From the NCBI GenBank assembly GCA_041694835.1, contig JBGFRZ010000052.1, positions 1 to 47,423 on the forward strand: 47,423 nt of DNA, read 5' to 3'. A model generated the notes under the pieces. It searched no databases. It was not told where the DNA came from and worked only from the letters and a program-made list of their open reading frames with translations. Of this stretch, positions 8,813-17,254 are shown piece after piece. This DNA is from Ignavibacteria bacterium (GTDB lineage: Bacteria > Elusimicrobiota > Endomicrobiia > PHAN01). Each line of letters begins with the position of its first letter. Position 1 is the first letter of the stretch. A program made the translations under genes and the position numbers.

Positions 8813-10372
8813 ATGATAGAACAGCAGGGCAGTAGAGCAGTAGAGCAGCAGAAATCAGGGGTCAGAGCGCAGAAGTTTTTCTGCTATTTGCTATTCGCTC
8901 TTTACTATTCGCTGTCCCCTATCCCCTGCATTTCTGCAGCCGAGGTGCTGCAAGAGATAACCGTAAAGGAAGGCGACACGCTTTGGGGCGTTTCGAACCA
9001 CTATCTCAAAGATTCAAAAAGATGGTCGGATATCCTGAGACACAACCCGCAGCTTTCCAGCGATCCCAATGTTATTCTGCCCGGGATGAAAATAAAAGTG
9101 CCTATCCTTCTAATTAAAGAACACTTGAGGGCGGCGTATCTTGTCTATATTCTTGAAGACGTCAGATACAGAAGAAGAAAGGAGGCGGATTGGCGAAGGG
9201 CTTTGTTAAATATGGAACTTTATGAAGAAGACGGTATCAGAACGCTCGAAAAATCCCAGGCTAATGTAAAATTTCCGTCGGGAGAAATCTTAAAATTATA
9301 TGAAAACTCGCTTCTTATAGTAAGACCGGAAAAACCCAGGGAAGAAGCGGAACTTTTATCCGGTCAGGTCAGGGCGTCAAAAACAAAGATTCTCACCGCC
9401 GACACCGTCGTAAATCCGAAAATCATCGCAAAGACAGATGCCCCGGATTTCAAAACAAAAATTAAGGAAGACAAAACCACATTGGTTGAGGTCTATAAGG
9501 GAATCATAGACGTTACCGCTCAAGGAAAAACTGTAACGGTTAAAGAGGGGTTCGGAACGGAAGTTAAATTCAAAATGGCACCGGGCTCGCCCATCAAACT
9601 TCCGGAAATGCCCGATTTTGCCGTGGATTTGAAGGAAACGAGAGTTTTATCGGCGAAAGAAAGGAAGTTCGAGCTTGCCGTAGAGACGCCCGAGACCACG
9701 CCGAAAGCCCTGAAGAAAGACGCGGAAGCCCCTGCAAAAGAAAAACCGTCGACTAAAATCATCGGCGGGACGGTCAAAAAATACCGTCTTCAAATCTCCA
9801 CGACTGCGTCTTTCTCGAATATCGTCTTGGACGAGGTAAAAGATATAAAAGGGAGGGTTTCCATCGACTACGCAGATTTGAAACTCAACGACGGACTTTA
9901 TTTCTGGAGAATAGCGTATATGGACGAACTCGGCTTTGAGGGCAGATTTTCGCAACCGAGCAGTTTTGTTATAGACACGATTCCCCCGGAGATAAAACTA
10001 ATTTCGCCCGTAGATGGCGGGGAATACGACACGGATTTTATTTATGTCGAAGGAATTACAGAGCCAAACACAAACCTGCTTGTAAACGGCGTTCCGACAA
10101 ACATCGAAGATAACGGACAATTCTTGTATGCCATACTTGTAAAAGACAAAGATGGGGTTGTCAAGATAAAAGTAGAAGCAACGGATTCGGCCGGCAACCT
10201 GACCGTCGTCGAAAGGAGTGTTCTGAAAGTTAGAAAAGGGAAAGCGCGAAGAACAGACATTTCGGGGTCGCAAGAGAAGCCAAAAAAGCAACCCGCTTCA
10301 ACCACCATGGCCATCGCGGCCGCAACAATTTTTGTAATACTTGGCGTTATTTGGATTATAGCGGGATTATAA
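8813..10372 (+). CDS. LysM + FecR-like + Ig/Fn3-like exported protein with C-terminal membrane anchor
   Basis: LysM motif ITVKEGDTLW...ILPGMKIKVP. FecR-like EDGIRT...LYENS and VEVYKG..DV. DTIPP and ATDSAGN Ig-like motifs. Hydrophobic C-terminus. Confidence 0.8.
   Translation: MIEQQGSRAVEQQKSGVRAQKFFCYLLFALYYSLSPIPCISAAEVLQEITVKEGDTLWGVSNHYLKDSKRWSDILRHNPQLSSDPNVILPGMKIKVPILLIKEHLRAAYLVYILEDVRYRRRKEADWRRALLNMELYEEDGIRTLEKSQANVKFPSGEILKLYENSLLIVRPEKPREEAELLSGQVRASKTKILTADTVVNPKIIAKTDAPDFKTKIKEDKTTLVEVYKGIIDVTAQGKTVTVKEGFGTEVKFKMAPGSPIKLPEMPDFAVDLKETRVLSAKERKFELAVETPETTPKALKKDAEAPAKEKPSTKIIGGTVKKYRLQISTTASFSNIVLDEVKDIKGRVSIDYADLKLNDGLYFWRIAYMDELGFEGRFSQPSSFVIDTIPPEIKLISPVDGGEYDTDFIYVEGITEPNTNLLVNGVPTNIEDNGQFLYAILVKDKDGVVKIKVEATDSAGNLTVVERSVLKVRKGKARRTDISGSQEKPKKQPASTTMAIAAATIFVILGVIWIIAGL
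8822..8929. repeat. 8-mer (AGCAGTAG) and 7-mer (CTATTCG) repeats within the LysM gene 5' end
   Basis: cagcagggcagtagagcagtagagcagcaga ... ctatttg ctattcg ctcttta ctattcg ctgtccc ctatccc. Confidence 0.8.
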
Positions 10373-11290
10373 TTATTCGTACTTGGCGTGACTGCCCGAA
10401 AGTGTCTTGGCGGATTTTAAAAGTTCCTTCGCTTTTTCGACTATCTGAGAATAATGCTTGAATTTTGAAGGCTCCACGCTGACGCTACCGAAAGAGATGC
10501 TCATTAACGGGAACCTCGCCTGATTCCCAAAGCGATCCACCCCGCATATAAATCCCTGTTTTCTCGTCTCGTCGTCATATTGATTTGGAATGAGCGAATC
10601 AAAAGAAGCGATGATTTTATCAGTAATATCCTTTTGCTTTTCATGGGATGTGACAACCACAAAATCATCCCCACCGATGTGTCCCAGAAAATCGTCAGAA
10701 TTGCCCAGCTCTCCAACCGCTGAGCGAAAAATAGCCGAAACGAGTTTGATTATTGCATCTCCCCTGTCAAAGCCGTACTTGTCGTTGTAGGATTTAAAGT
10801 TGTCTAAATCAGAATAAATGACGCAGAATTTTTTTCCTTCAGAAAGCCTGTTTTTTATCTCCGTCTCAATAGAAACATTTCCGGGAAGCCCCGTCAGGGG
10901 ACTTGCGGCGAGCGATTCTTTGGCCCTTTTAAGCAGCCCTTCAACCCGGGCCATAAGTTCAAAGGTCTCGAACGGCTTCGTCAGATACTCGTCTGCACCG
11001 AGTTTAATGCCTGTTATTTTGTCTTTTGTCTTGACGAGAGAACTTAATATAATTATCGGAATCAAACATATGTCCGAGTTTTCCCTTATCTTCTGACAAA
11101 CCTCGAATCCGCTCATGCCTGGCATGTTGACATCAAGTATGACAAGATCGGGTTTTTCCGAAACTACCTTCTTGTAAGCGGTTTCGCCGTCCAATGCCGT
11201 TACAACATTATAATGCTCGGATTCAAGCGTAAAAACAAGAAGATCCAGAATTTCCGTGTCGTCGTCAGCAATCAATATCTTGTAATTCAT
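10373..11290 (-). CDS. Response regulator with diguanylate cyclase (REC-GGDEF) domain
   Basis: REC motifs ILIADDD, LDVNMP and TKPF. Cyclase motifs SPLTGLPG, DLDNFKSYND and GGDDF. Confidence 0.9.
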   Translation of the reverse strand: MNYKILIADDDTEILDLLVFTLESEHYNVVTALDGETAYKKVVSEKPDLVILDVNMPGMSGFEVCQKIRENSDICLIPIIILSSLVKTKDKITGIKLGADEYLTKPFETFELMARVEGLLKRAKESLAASPLTGLPGNVSIETEIKNRLSEGKKFCVIYSDLDNFKSYNDKYGFDRGDAIIKLVSAIFRSAVGELGNSDDFLGHIGGDDFVVVTSHEKQKDITDKIIASFDSLIPNQYDDETRKQGFICGVDRFGNQARFPLMSISFGSVSVEPSKFKHYSQIVEKAKELLKSAKTLSGSHAKYE

Positions 11291-11332
11291 AGTTGTCCTT
11301 GTAACTTGCCATCACTCATCTAATTATTCTTA

Positions 11333-12034
11333 TCAGCGGGCTTTGAGCAGTTTTTCGATCTTATTCAAAAGATCGTCGTTTGAAATCGGCTTTTGCATAT
11401 ATTCGTCCGCGCCAGCGCCGGCGCCGAGACGCAGATCGCTTTCTGCTCCCCTTACGGTAAGCATAAGGATTTTAACTTCCGATTCAAGATCTTCCCTGAT
11501 CATCTGACAGAGTCTGAAGCCGTTAATGTCGGGAAGATTCACATCAAGTACGACAACGTCCGGACGGTTTTTTCTTAAAACTTTCAACGCGGATAAGCCG
11601 TCATAAGTATAATAAAAATCGTAAAGTCCACCCAAAACATTTCCAATGACAGAAACAAAATCCCTGTCATCATCGACAAGGAGCACCTTTTTTTTCTGTG
11701 CGTTCCTGCTCAAAATCACTTTTTCTATCTCACCTTCGCCAATTTCACGTTTCAGGTTGCCTCTGAACAAGGGGTATTTAACCGAATGTTTTTCTCCGAC
11801 GCAAAAAGATGGGATGTTGATTTTTTCATCTTTAAGATAATCAAAAAAAACCTGCGCATTCACACAGGTGGTTTCGGTATCAACCACGACCAGATCCGGA
11901 TGACCGTGCTTTACTCTTAAAATTCCCTCGTCGGCCGCAACGGCGAAATCCACATTTATATTACTGTATTTTTCGGATGCATCCTGAAACTTTTTTCTGA
12001 AAACAGCGTCAGCGGTTATAACAAGTATTTTCAT
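11333..12034 (-). CDS. Tandem receiver-domain response regulator (N-terminal REC degenerate)
   Basis: The second domain is canonical (VLLVDDD, LDVNLP, KP). The first lacks the acidic pocket. Confidence 0.8.
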   Translation of the reverse strand: MKILVITADAVFRKKFQDASEKYSNINVDFAVAADEGILRVKHGHPDLVVVDTETTCVNAQVFFDYLKDEKINIPSFCVGEKHSVKYPLFRGNLKREIGEGEIEKVILSRNAQKKKVLLVDDDRDFVSVIGNVLGGLYDFYYTYDGLSALKVLRKNRPDVVVLDVNLPDINGFRLCQMIREDLESEVKILMLTVRGAESDLRLGAGAGADEYMQKPISNDDLLNKIEKLLKAR

Positions 12035-12113
12035 TTACTTTCGATTCTCTTGCTATTTATATTAAATTCCGCCAGAAAAATTATGAGAGGAATATAATCA
12101 ATGGAATTTATAA

Positions 12114-13640
12114 TCACTCTTCGTAATATGTTAGAAACATCGGACGGCCGGCACGAATTATATCCAACACAACGCCCTTTTTCAAATTTATTTTTTCCGA
12201 AATTTTTTTGAAATCGTCGATTGAGCTTATCTTCTGGTTGTTCACGACCTTTATTAAATCGCCCTCGGAAAGCCCGATGTCAGAAGCTTTTGAGCCGTAT
12301 TCAATATCGATTACGACGACACCATCATCCAAAGTGGATATACCGTATTCGCTCCGCATCTCATCCGTCAAATTTGCGACTTTTACTCCCAGCCACTCGT
12401 GGAACTTTGGCGGAGGCGATTCTCTTTCTTCGGTTCTATTTGATATCTTCACATCTTCCGGCATCTTACTGACCGTTAAAAAAAAATTTTGCTCCCTACT
12501 ATCTCTGAAAAGTTTTACAGCGACCTTTTTATTGGGCGGTGTGGCCGCTACAATATCCTGAAGAGAGACGGGGGTATCTATTTTTTTTCCGTCGAACTCG
12601 ACTATGACATCGCCCCTTTTTAGACCTGCTTTATCGGCAGGTGAATCTTCAAGAACATTGCTTACAAAAGCGCCGGCCGCGTTCGGAAGATTGAAATTTT
12701 TCTGAATAGCAACGTCGACGGGCCTTATTTCGACGCCAAGCCAGGATCGCGTTACCTTCCCTGTCTTTATCAGTTCGTCTATCACGGCTTTCGCCCTGTT
12801 TATCGGAACCGCAAAACCGACACCTGCAAAAACCCCCGTGGGAGCGTAAATAGCCGTGTTTATTCCGACAACCTCCCCTCTCAAGTTACAAAGTGGACCG
12901 CCTGAGTTGCCGCGATTGATGGCGGCGTCGGTCTGGATCAAATCCCTGTAAGTTTTTCCTTCTATTGATATCGCTTGTCTTTTCGCTGAAACGATGCCAG
13001 TTGTGACCGTTTGCTCAAGCCCGAAAGGCGAGCCAACCGCTATAACCCATTGTCCTACCCTCAGATTATTCGAATCGCCCATCCTGACATAGGGCAATTT
13101 GCGGCCTATTGATATTTTTATTACCGCTAGATCCGTCCTTGGATCCTTGCCGATAACTTCCCCTTTGTATTTTTTTTGAGAACCATCCGGGGAGTAAACG
13201 GTGACTTGAATCTCCTCAGCTCCTCTAATCACATGTTCGTTAGTGATTATATGCCCGGTGGCATCAATTATAAAACCAGAGCCCGTTCCTTCGTACCGCC
13301 TCATCTGGGGTTTTGCCTTCTTTCTGGGCACGGACGGCATGCCAAAAAACTCTTCAAAAAAATCTTCGAACGGAGAGCCGAAGAAAAATTCGTATTGTGG
13401 AGCCGTCACCCTTTCGAGGTAAACGGCGGATATGTTTACGACCGCGGGTTTAACAGCATCGCTCACTTGTATGAACGCTTCTTGAAGCGAAACAGCATCT
13501 TCTGAGATTTTAACCGTGGAGATTTCGGTTTTAGCAGAGTTCAAAATACCTTCGCTTAGTTTCTGCGGGCGGCTTCTTAAAAAAAACAATCCCGCAAAAA
13601 AAACCAAAAACAAAGTGAAAAATATCTTAGCCCATTTCAT
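12114..13640 (-). CDS. Do/DegQ family HtrA serine protease with two PDZ domains
   Basis: GSGF, TNEHV, DLAVIK and IQTDAAINRGNSGGP motifs plus two PDZ domains. ATG at 13640 has a GGAGG RBS. Confidence 0.93.
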   Translation of the reverse strand: MKWAKIFFTLFLVFFAGLFFLRSRPQKLSEGILNSAKTEISTVKISEDAVSLQEAFIQVSDAVKPAVVNISAVYLERVTAPQYEFFFGSPFEDFFEEFFGMPSVPRKKAKPQMRRYEGTGSGFIIDATGHIITNEHVIRGAEEIQVTVYSPDGSQKKYKGEVIGKDPRTDLAVIKISIGRKLPYVRMGDSNNLRVGQWVIAVGSPFGLEQTVTTGIVSAKRQAISIEGKTYRDLIQTDAAINRGNSGGPLCNLRGEVVGINTAIYAPTGVFAGVGFAVPINRAKAVIDELIKTGKVTRSWLGVEIRPVDVAIQKNFNLPNAAGAFVSNVLEDSPADKAGLKRGDVIVEFDGKKIDTPVSLQDIVAATPPNKKVAVKLFRDSREQNFFLTVSKMPEDVKISNRTEERESPPPKFHEWLGVKVANLTDEMRSEYGISTLDDGVVVIDIEYGSKASDIGLSEGDLIKVVNNQKISSIDDFKKISEKINLKKGVVLDIIRAGRPMFLTYYEE

Positions 13641-13658
13641 GGCGACCTCCTCTTTACT

Positions 13659-13701
13659 ATTATACATAAATTTGTCAATTATTGTAAAAATTTTATAAAA
13701 T
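13659..13701. promoter_or_regulatory. Candidate overlapping divergent promoters (htrA / Moco operon)
   Basis: Minus strand: TTTACA-18-TATAAT. Plus strand: TTGTCA followed 16-18 nt later by TATAAA/TAAAAT. The region is AT-rich. Confidence 0.35.
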
Positions 13702-13770
13702 TAAATAGGCGCGGAAAAATCCAAGTCTCATCTTGCGTTGTTGCATTGATTGGTGTCATGGACGAATAAT

Positions 13771-14733
13771 ATGGAAGGTATAATAATAAGCGTAAACCTC
13801 TGTGGAAAAAAGGGTGGCAAAAAAAAACCGCAAGACCACGGTTTTTTAGTCAAAAACAAGGGTGTTAAAAACGACGCCCACTTCTCTTCGAAAAGACAGG
13901 TGAGTTTTTTGGATTGGGGCGCAGCGAGAAAACTAATGAAAAAAAGCGACATAACCGTAAGTCCGGGAGATTTTGCGGAAAACATAACCACAGAGGGCAT
14001 TGACTGGAAAAAATCGGCGACTGGCGACATCATAAGAATAATAGCGTCTTCAAAACCCCGTCACTTGAAGCATCCGACGCTAAAAATAACGCAGATAGGC
14101 AAAGAATGTCACAGCGGCTGCATCATATACAAAACAGCGGGAGAGTGTGTCATGCCGGAAGAAGGGGTTTTTGCGCAAGTGCTGGTCGGAGGCAATATAA
14201 AGAACGGCGACAGAGTAATCGTTGAAAGCCCGCAGAAAATAAACATTGGAATACTGACATGCTCAGATAAAGCGAGCAAAAAAGAAAGGGCGGACACTTC
14301 CGGGCCAGCCATAGAAAGCGAGATGAGAAAACTGTCCTGCGGTAAAATTTCGGTTGATGTAAAAAAATATGCAATACTGCCCGATGAAAAAGACGCTATT
14401 TCAAAAACACTGAAAGATTGGTGCGATAAAAGCGATATAGACATAATTTTTACAACGGGTGGCACGGGATTTGGCCCAAGAGACTGGACACCGGAGGCCA
14501 CCAGGGAGGCGATGGAGCGGCTTTGTCCGGGGATACCCGAATTTATAAGGTGGGAATCATTTAAGAAAACTAAATTCGCCGCCATCTCACGCGCCACGGC
14601 GGGAATCAGAAAAAACACTTTGCTCATAAATCTTCCGGGCTCGGAAAAAGCCGCACGCGAAATAATAAAAATTCTCTTTCCCATTATTCCACACAGCATT
14701 GATATCCTCAGAGGAAAAACGGAACACAAATAA
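13771..14733 (+). CDS. MOSC domain fused to MogA/MoaB molybdopterin adenylyltransferase
   Basis: MOSC motifs RQVS, GDFAENITT and TQIGKECH..C. MogA motifs DTSGP, TTGGTGFGPRDWTPEA and NLPGS. Start MEGII preferred. Confidence 0.88.
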   Translation: MEGIIISVNLCGKKGGKKKPQDHGFLVKNKGVKNDAHFSSKRQVSFLDWGAARKLMKKSDITVSPGDFAENITTEGIDWKKSATGDIIRIIASSKPRHLKHPTLKITQIGKECHSGCIIYKTAGECVMPEEGVFAQVLVGGNIKNGDRVIVESPQKINIGILTCSDKASKKERADTSGPAIESEMRKLSCGKISVDVKKYAILPDEKDAISKTLKDWCDKSDIDIIFTTGGTGFGPRDWTPEATREAMERLCPGIPEFIRWESFKKTKFAAISRATAGIRKNTLLINLPGSEKAAREIIKILFPIIPHSIDILRGKTEHK

Positions 14734-15683
14734 TGCTCAAAGACAGATTCGGACGGAGTATAGAGTATTTAAGAATATCTGTTACGGATAGATGCAATCT
14801 GGAATGTAGCTATTGTTTTTCGGGTCAAAAAGAACTTCTTGATAAAGCCGGGATTTTGAGTTATGAAGAGATTTTGAAAGTTATAGACGTGGCGGCGGAC
14901 GAATTAGATATTAAAAACTATAGATTGACGGGCGGAGAACCTCTAACAAGAAAAAACCTCTCTCATCTTATATCCGAAATTATACGCAGAAACCTCTCCC
15001 TTGGACTAACTACGAACGGAATCCTTCTTGAAAAATACGCTGTCGAACTGCACGATGCCGGATTGAAACACATAAATATCAGTCTTGATACTCTCTCCCC
15101 ATCTATATTCAAAGCGAACACCGGTGGAAATATCAGCGCCGTCTTAAACGGTATAGAAAAATCGCACTCCCTGGGATTCTCGCCGATAAAAGTAAATATA
15201 GTCGTCGTGGAAAATATTGTGGACACCGCCGTCGAATTTATAAATTGGTCGAAAAAAATGGACATAACCCTGAAATTCATAGAAAAGATGCCTTTTGGAA
15301 GCGGGGCTAAAAGTGATTTTAACTTTATTGATTTTGAGCAAACGCTCATAAAGAAATTCGAACTCTTGCCAACCTTGATACCCGCTTTTGGACCCGGCAG
15401 ATACTATCAATCCAACAAAATAAAACTCGGTTTTGTCTCTTCGCTTTCCCATCCTTTTTGTCGCAACTGTAACAGACTGAGACTCACATGCGACGGGAAA
15501 CTCATACCGTGCCTTGGGCACAGCTTCCATGTCGACATAAAAGGAATACTCCGAACAACTCTGGATAAAGAGAGCAAAACTTCACTGATTAAAAAAGCGT
15601 TTAAGGAAGTGGTTTGGCGCAAGCCCGAGAATCATGACAACTTCGTAAATGCCTCAAAATCAATGGCTGCCATAGGAGGATAA
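14733..15683 (+). CDS. moaA: GTP 3',8-cyclase MoaA
   Basis: RISVTDRCNLECSYC, TGGEP and C-terminal CRNCNRLR...PC and IGG. Confidence 0.95.
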   Translation: MLKDRFGRSIEYLRISVTDRCNLECSYCFSGQKELLDKAGILSYEEILKVIDVAADELDIKNYRLTGGEPLTRKNLSHLISEIIRRNLSLGLTTNGILLEKYAVELHDAGLKHINISLDTLSPSIFKANTGGNISAVLNGIEKSHSLGFSPIKVNIVVVENIVDTAVEFINWSKKMDITLKFIEKMPFGSGAKSDFNFIDFEQTLIKKFELLPTLIPAFGPGRYYQSNKIKLGFVSSLSHPFCRNCNRLRLTCDGKLIPCLGHSFHVDIKGILRTTLDKESKTSLIKKAFKEVVWRKPENHDNFVNASKSMAAIGG

Positions 15684-15688
15684 ATCGG

Positions 15689-16171
15689 ATGAAACTTACC
15701 CACATCAAAGACAACGGCGATTTAACTATGGTTGACATAACAGACAAAAAAATTTCAAAGAGGACGGCGACAGCATCGGGCTTCATAAAGATCGAGCCTG
15801 CCTCACTAAGACTTATAGAGAGAAATCTCATCTCAAAAGGAAACGTCCTTACTTGCGCAAAAACCGCCGGGCTCCTCGCCTCAAAAAAAGTCGACGAACT
15901 GCTGCCTCTTACCCACAAAATTAACCTTACCTGTTGCGATATTAATTTCAGATATTCGAAAAAACCTTCGGGCGTTGAAATTACGGCCACAGCAAAAGCC
16001 AGGTATTCGACGGGTGTCGAGATGGAAGCCTTGACAGCGGTTGCGGTCGCCGCTCTTACGATTTATGATATGGTGAAATCAGCCGATAAGTCGATGACGA
16101 TAACCAACATAAAACTTTTAGAAAAAATTGGCGGAAAAGGTAGCAGGCAGGAAATAGTGAATAAGCGGTAA
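15689..16171 (+). CDS. moaC: Cyclic pyranopterin monophosphate synthase MoaC
   Basis: LTH...MVDI, TGVEMEAL and IYDMVK motifs. Confidence 0.95.
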   Translation: MKLTHIKDNGDLTMVDITDKKISKRTATASGFIKIEPASLRLIERNLISKGNVLTCAKTAGLLASKKVDELLPLTHKINLTCCDINFRYSKKPSGVEITATAKARYSTGVEMEALTAVAVAALTIYDMVKSADKSMTITNIKLLEKIGGKGSRQEIVNKR

Positions 16172-16289
16172 GTCGTAAGTGGTTAGTGGACACTAACACG
16201 GCGACTTATCAATTCAGCGACGTAGTTCACTATTTGCTATTCGCCACTACCTTCCCCCACATACTACATACTATCTACTATCTACTATC
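16138..16289. repeat. Nested heptamer inverted repeats between moaC and ribF
   Basis: Outer arms aggtagcaggcagg and catacta catacta tctacta tctacta. Inner arms aatagtg/ggtaagt cgtaagt and ttcacta tttgcta ttcgcca. Confidence 0.8.
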
Positions 16290-17147
16290 ATGCGTGTTAT
16301 TACTATCGGCAATTTCGACGGCATACATCCTGGTCATAAAAAACTGATCGGAGAAACCATAAATACGGCGGAAAAATACGGACTGGAAAGCTGTCTTCTC
16401 ACCTTCGAGCGAATTTTTTCAATCCCAGACGGTCAAATGCTTACCACCCTCGACGAAAAAATAGAATATCTTTCGAGCTTAAATCTCGGAAGAATCGTAA
16501 TTTTACCGAACAAGGTTTGGTTGTGGAACATGACGCCTGAAAAATTCATCAAGTCGGTGCTCCTTGATTTAAAGGCGCGCTTTATAGTCCTCGGGTACAA
16601 CTTTAAATTCGGAAAAAACGCCAGCGGCTCAGCTGGTCTTATGGAGGAAGAAATAAAAAGATACGGCGTCAAGGTAAAAATAATTCCACCGGTCATGCGC
16701 GATGAAAAAATAATCTCGTCATCCATTATCAGAAATCTTCTTTTGTCAGGCGAGATAGAGAAAGCAAATAATTTTTTAGGGCGGTTTTACTCGATAACAG
16801 GGAACGAAGTGCGAGGTAAACAAATCGCAAGAAAGCTTGGTTTTCCGACAATCAACCTGCGGGTAAACGAGGAGAAACTCCTGCCCGGGGGGATTTTTTA
16901 CGGAATAGCCTCGAACAAAAAAGACCACAAATGCCTTATTTATATCGGAACTTCGCCGACAACTACAATAAAAAAAGGGGGCGGTGTTGAAGTCGAATTC
17001 CATATTATCGACGGACAAAACTTCCCCGAGGCGGGTTTATGGAGACTTTATCTGATTAGTAAAATGAGAAGCGAAAAAAAATTCATGTCAAGAGCGGATT
17101 TGAAAAAACAGATAAAAAAAGATATCATAATGGCAAGAGCGTTATGA
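16290..17147 (+). CDS. ribF: Bifunctional riboflavin kinase/FAD synthetase
   Basis: IGNFDGIHPGH, ISSSIIR and GFPTIN motifs. Confidence 0.9.
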   Translation: MRVITIGNFDGIHPGHKKLIGETINTAEKYGLESCLLTFERIFSIPDGQMLTTLDEKIEYLSSLNLGRIVILPNKVWLWNMTPEKFIKSVLLDLKARFIVLGYNFKFGKNASGSAGLMEEEIKRYGVKVKIIPPVMRDEKIISSSIIRNLLLSGEIEKANNFLGRFYSITGNEVRGKQIARKLGFPTINLRVNEEKLLPGGIFYGIASNKKDHKCLIYIGTSPTTTIKKGGGVEVEFHIIDGQNFPEAGLWRLYLISKMRSEKKFMSRADLKKQIKKDIIMARAL

Positions 17148-17237
17148 GAGGACAGAGGTGAGAGGTGATGGGTGAGAGGTTTTTCCCTGTCCTCTGACCT
17201 CTGTCCTCTGTTCTCTATCCGCTATACGCTATTCTCT
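17145..17237. repeat. Heptamer hairpin (TGAGAGG ... CCTCTGT) plus CTATACG tail between ribF and the EF-G paralog
   Basis: Starts on the ribF TGA. The core ggtgagaggtttttccctg is shared exactly with 46894-46912. Confidence 0.88.
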
Positions 17238-17254
17238 AAACTTCGGAGGAATGC

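Noticed and set aside
10373-11290. GGDDF read as a dead diguanylate cyclase
   Set aside because: GGDDF is a common variant and the DxDxFKxxND motif is intact, so there is no basis to call it inactive.
13659-13678. Perfect TTGACA and TATAAT on the minus strand upstream of htrA
   Set aside because: They are only 8 nt apart and cannot form one sigma70 promoter. An alternative -35 was used in the feature call.
14109-14729. Long antisense ORFs (also 17737-18363, 20545-21099 and 37508-38083)
   Set aside because: They are shadows of well-supported genes on the opposite strand and have no recognisable motifs.
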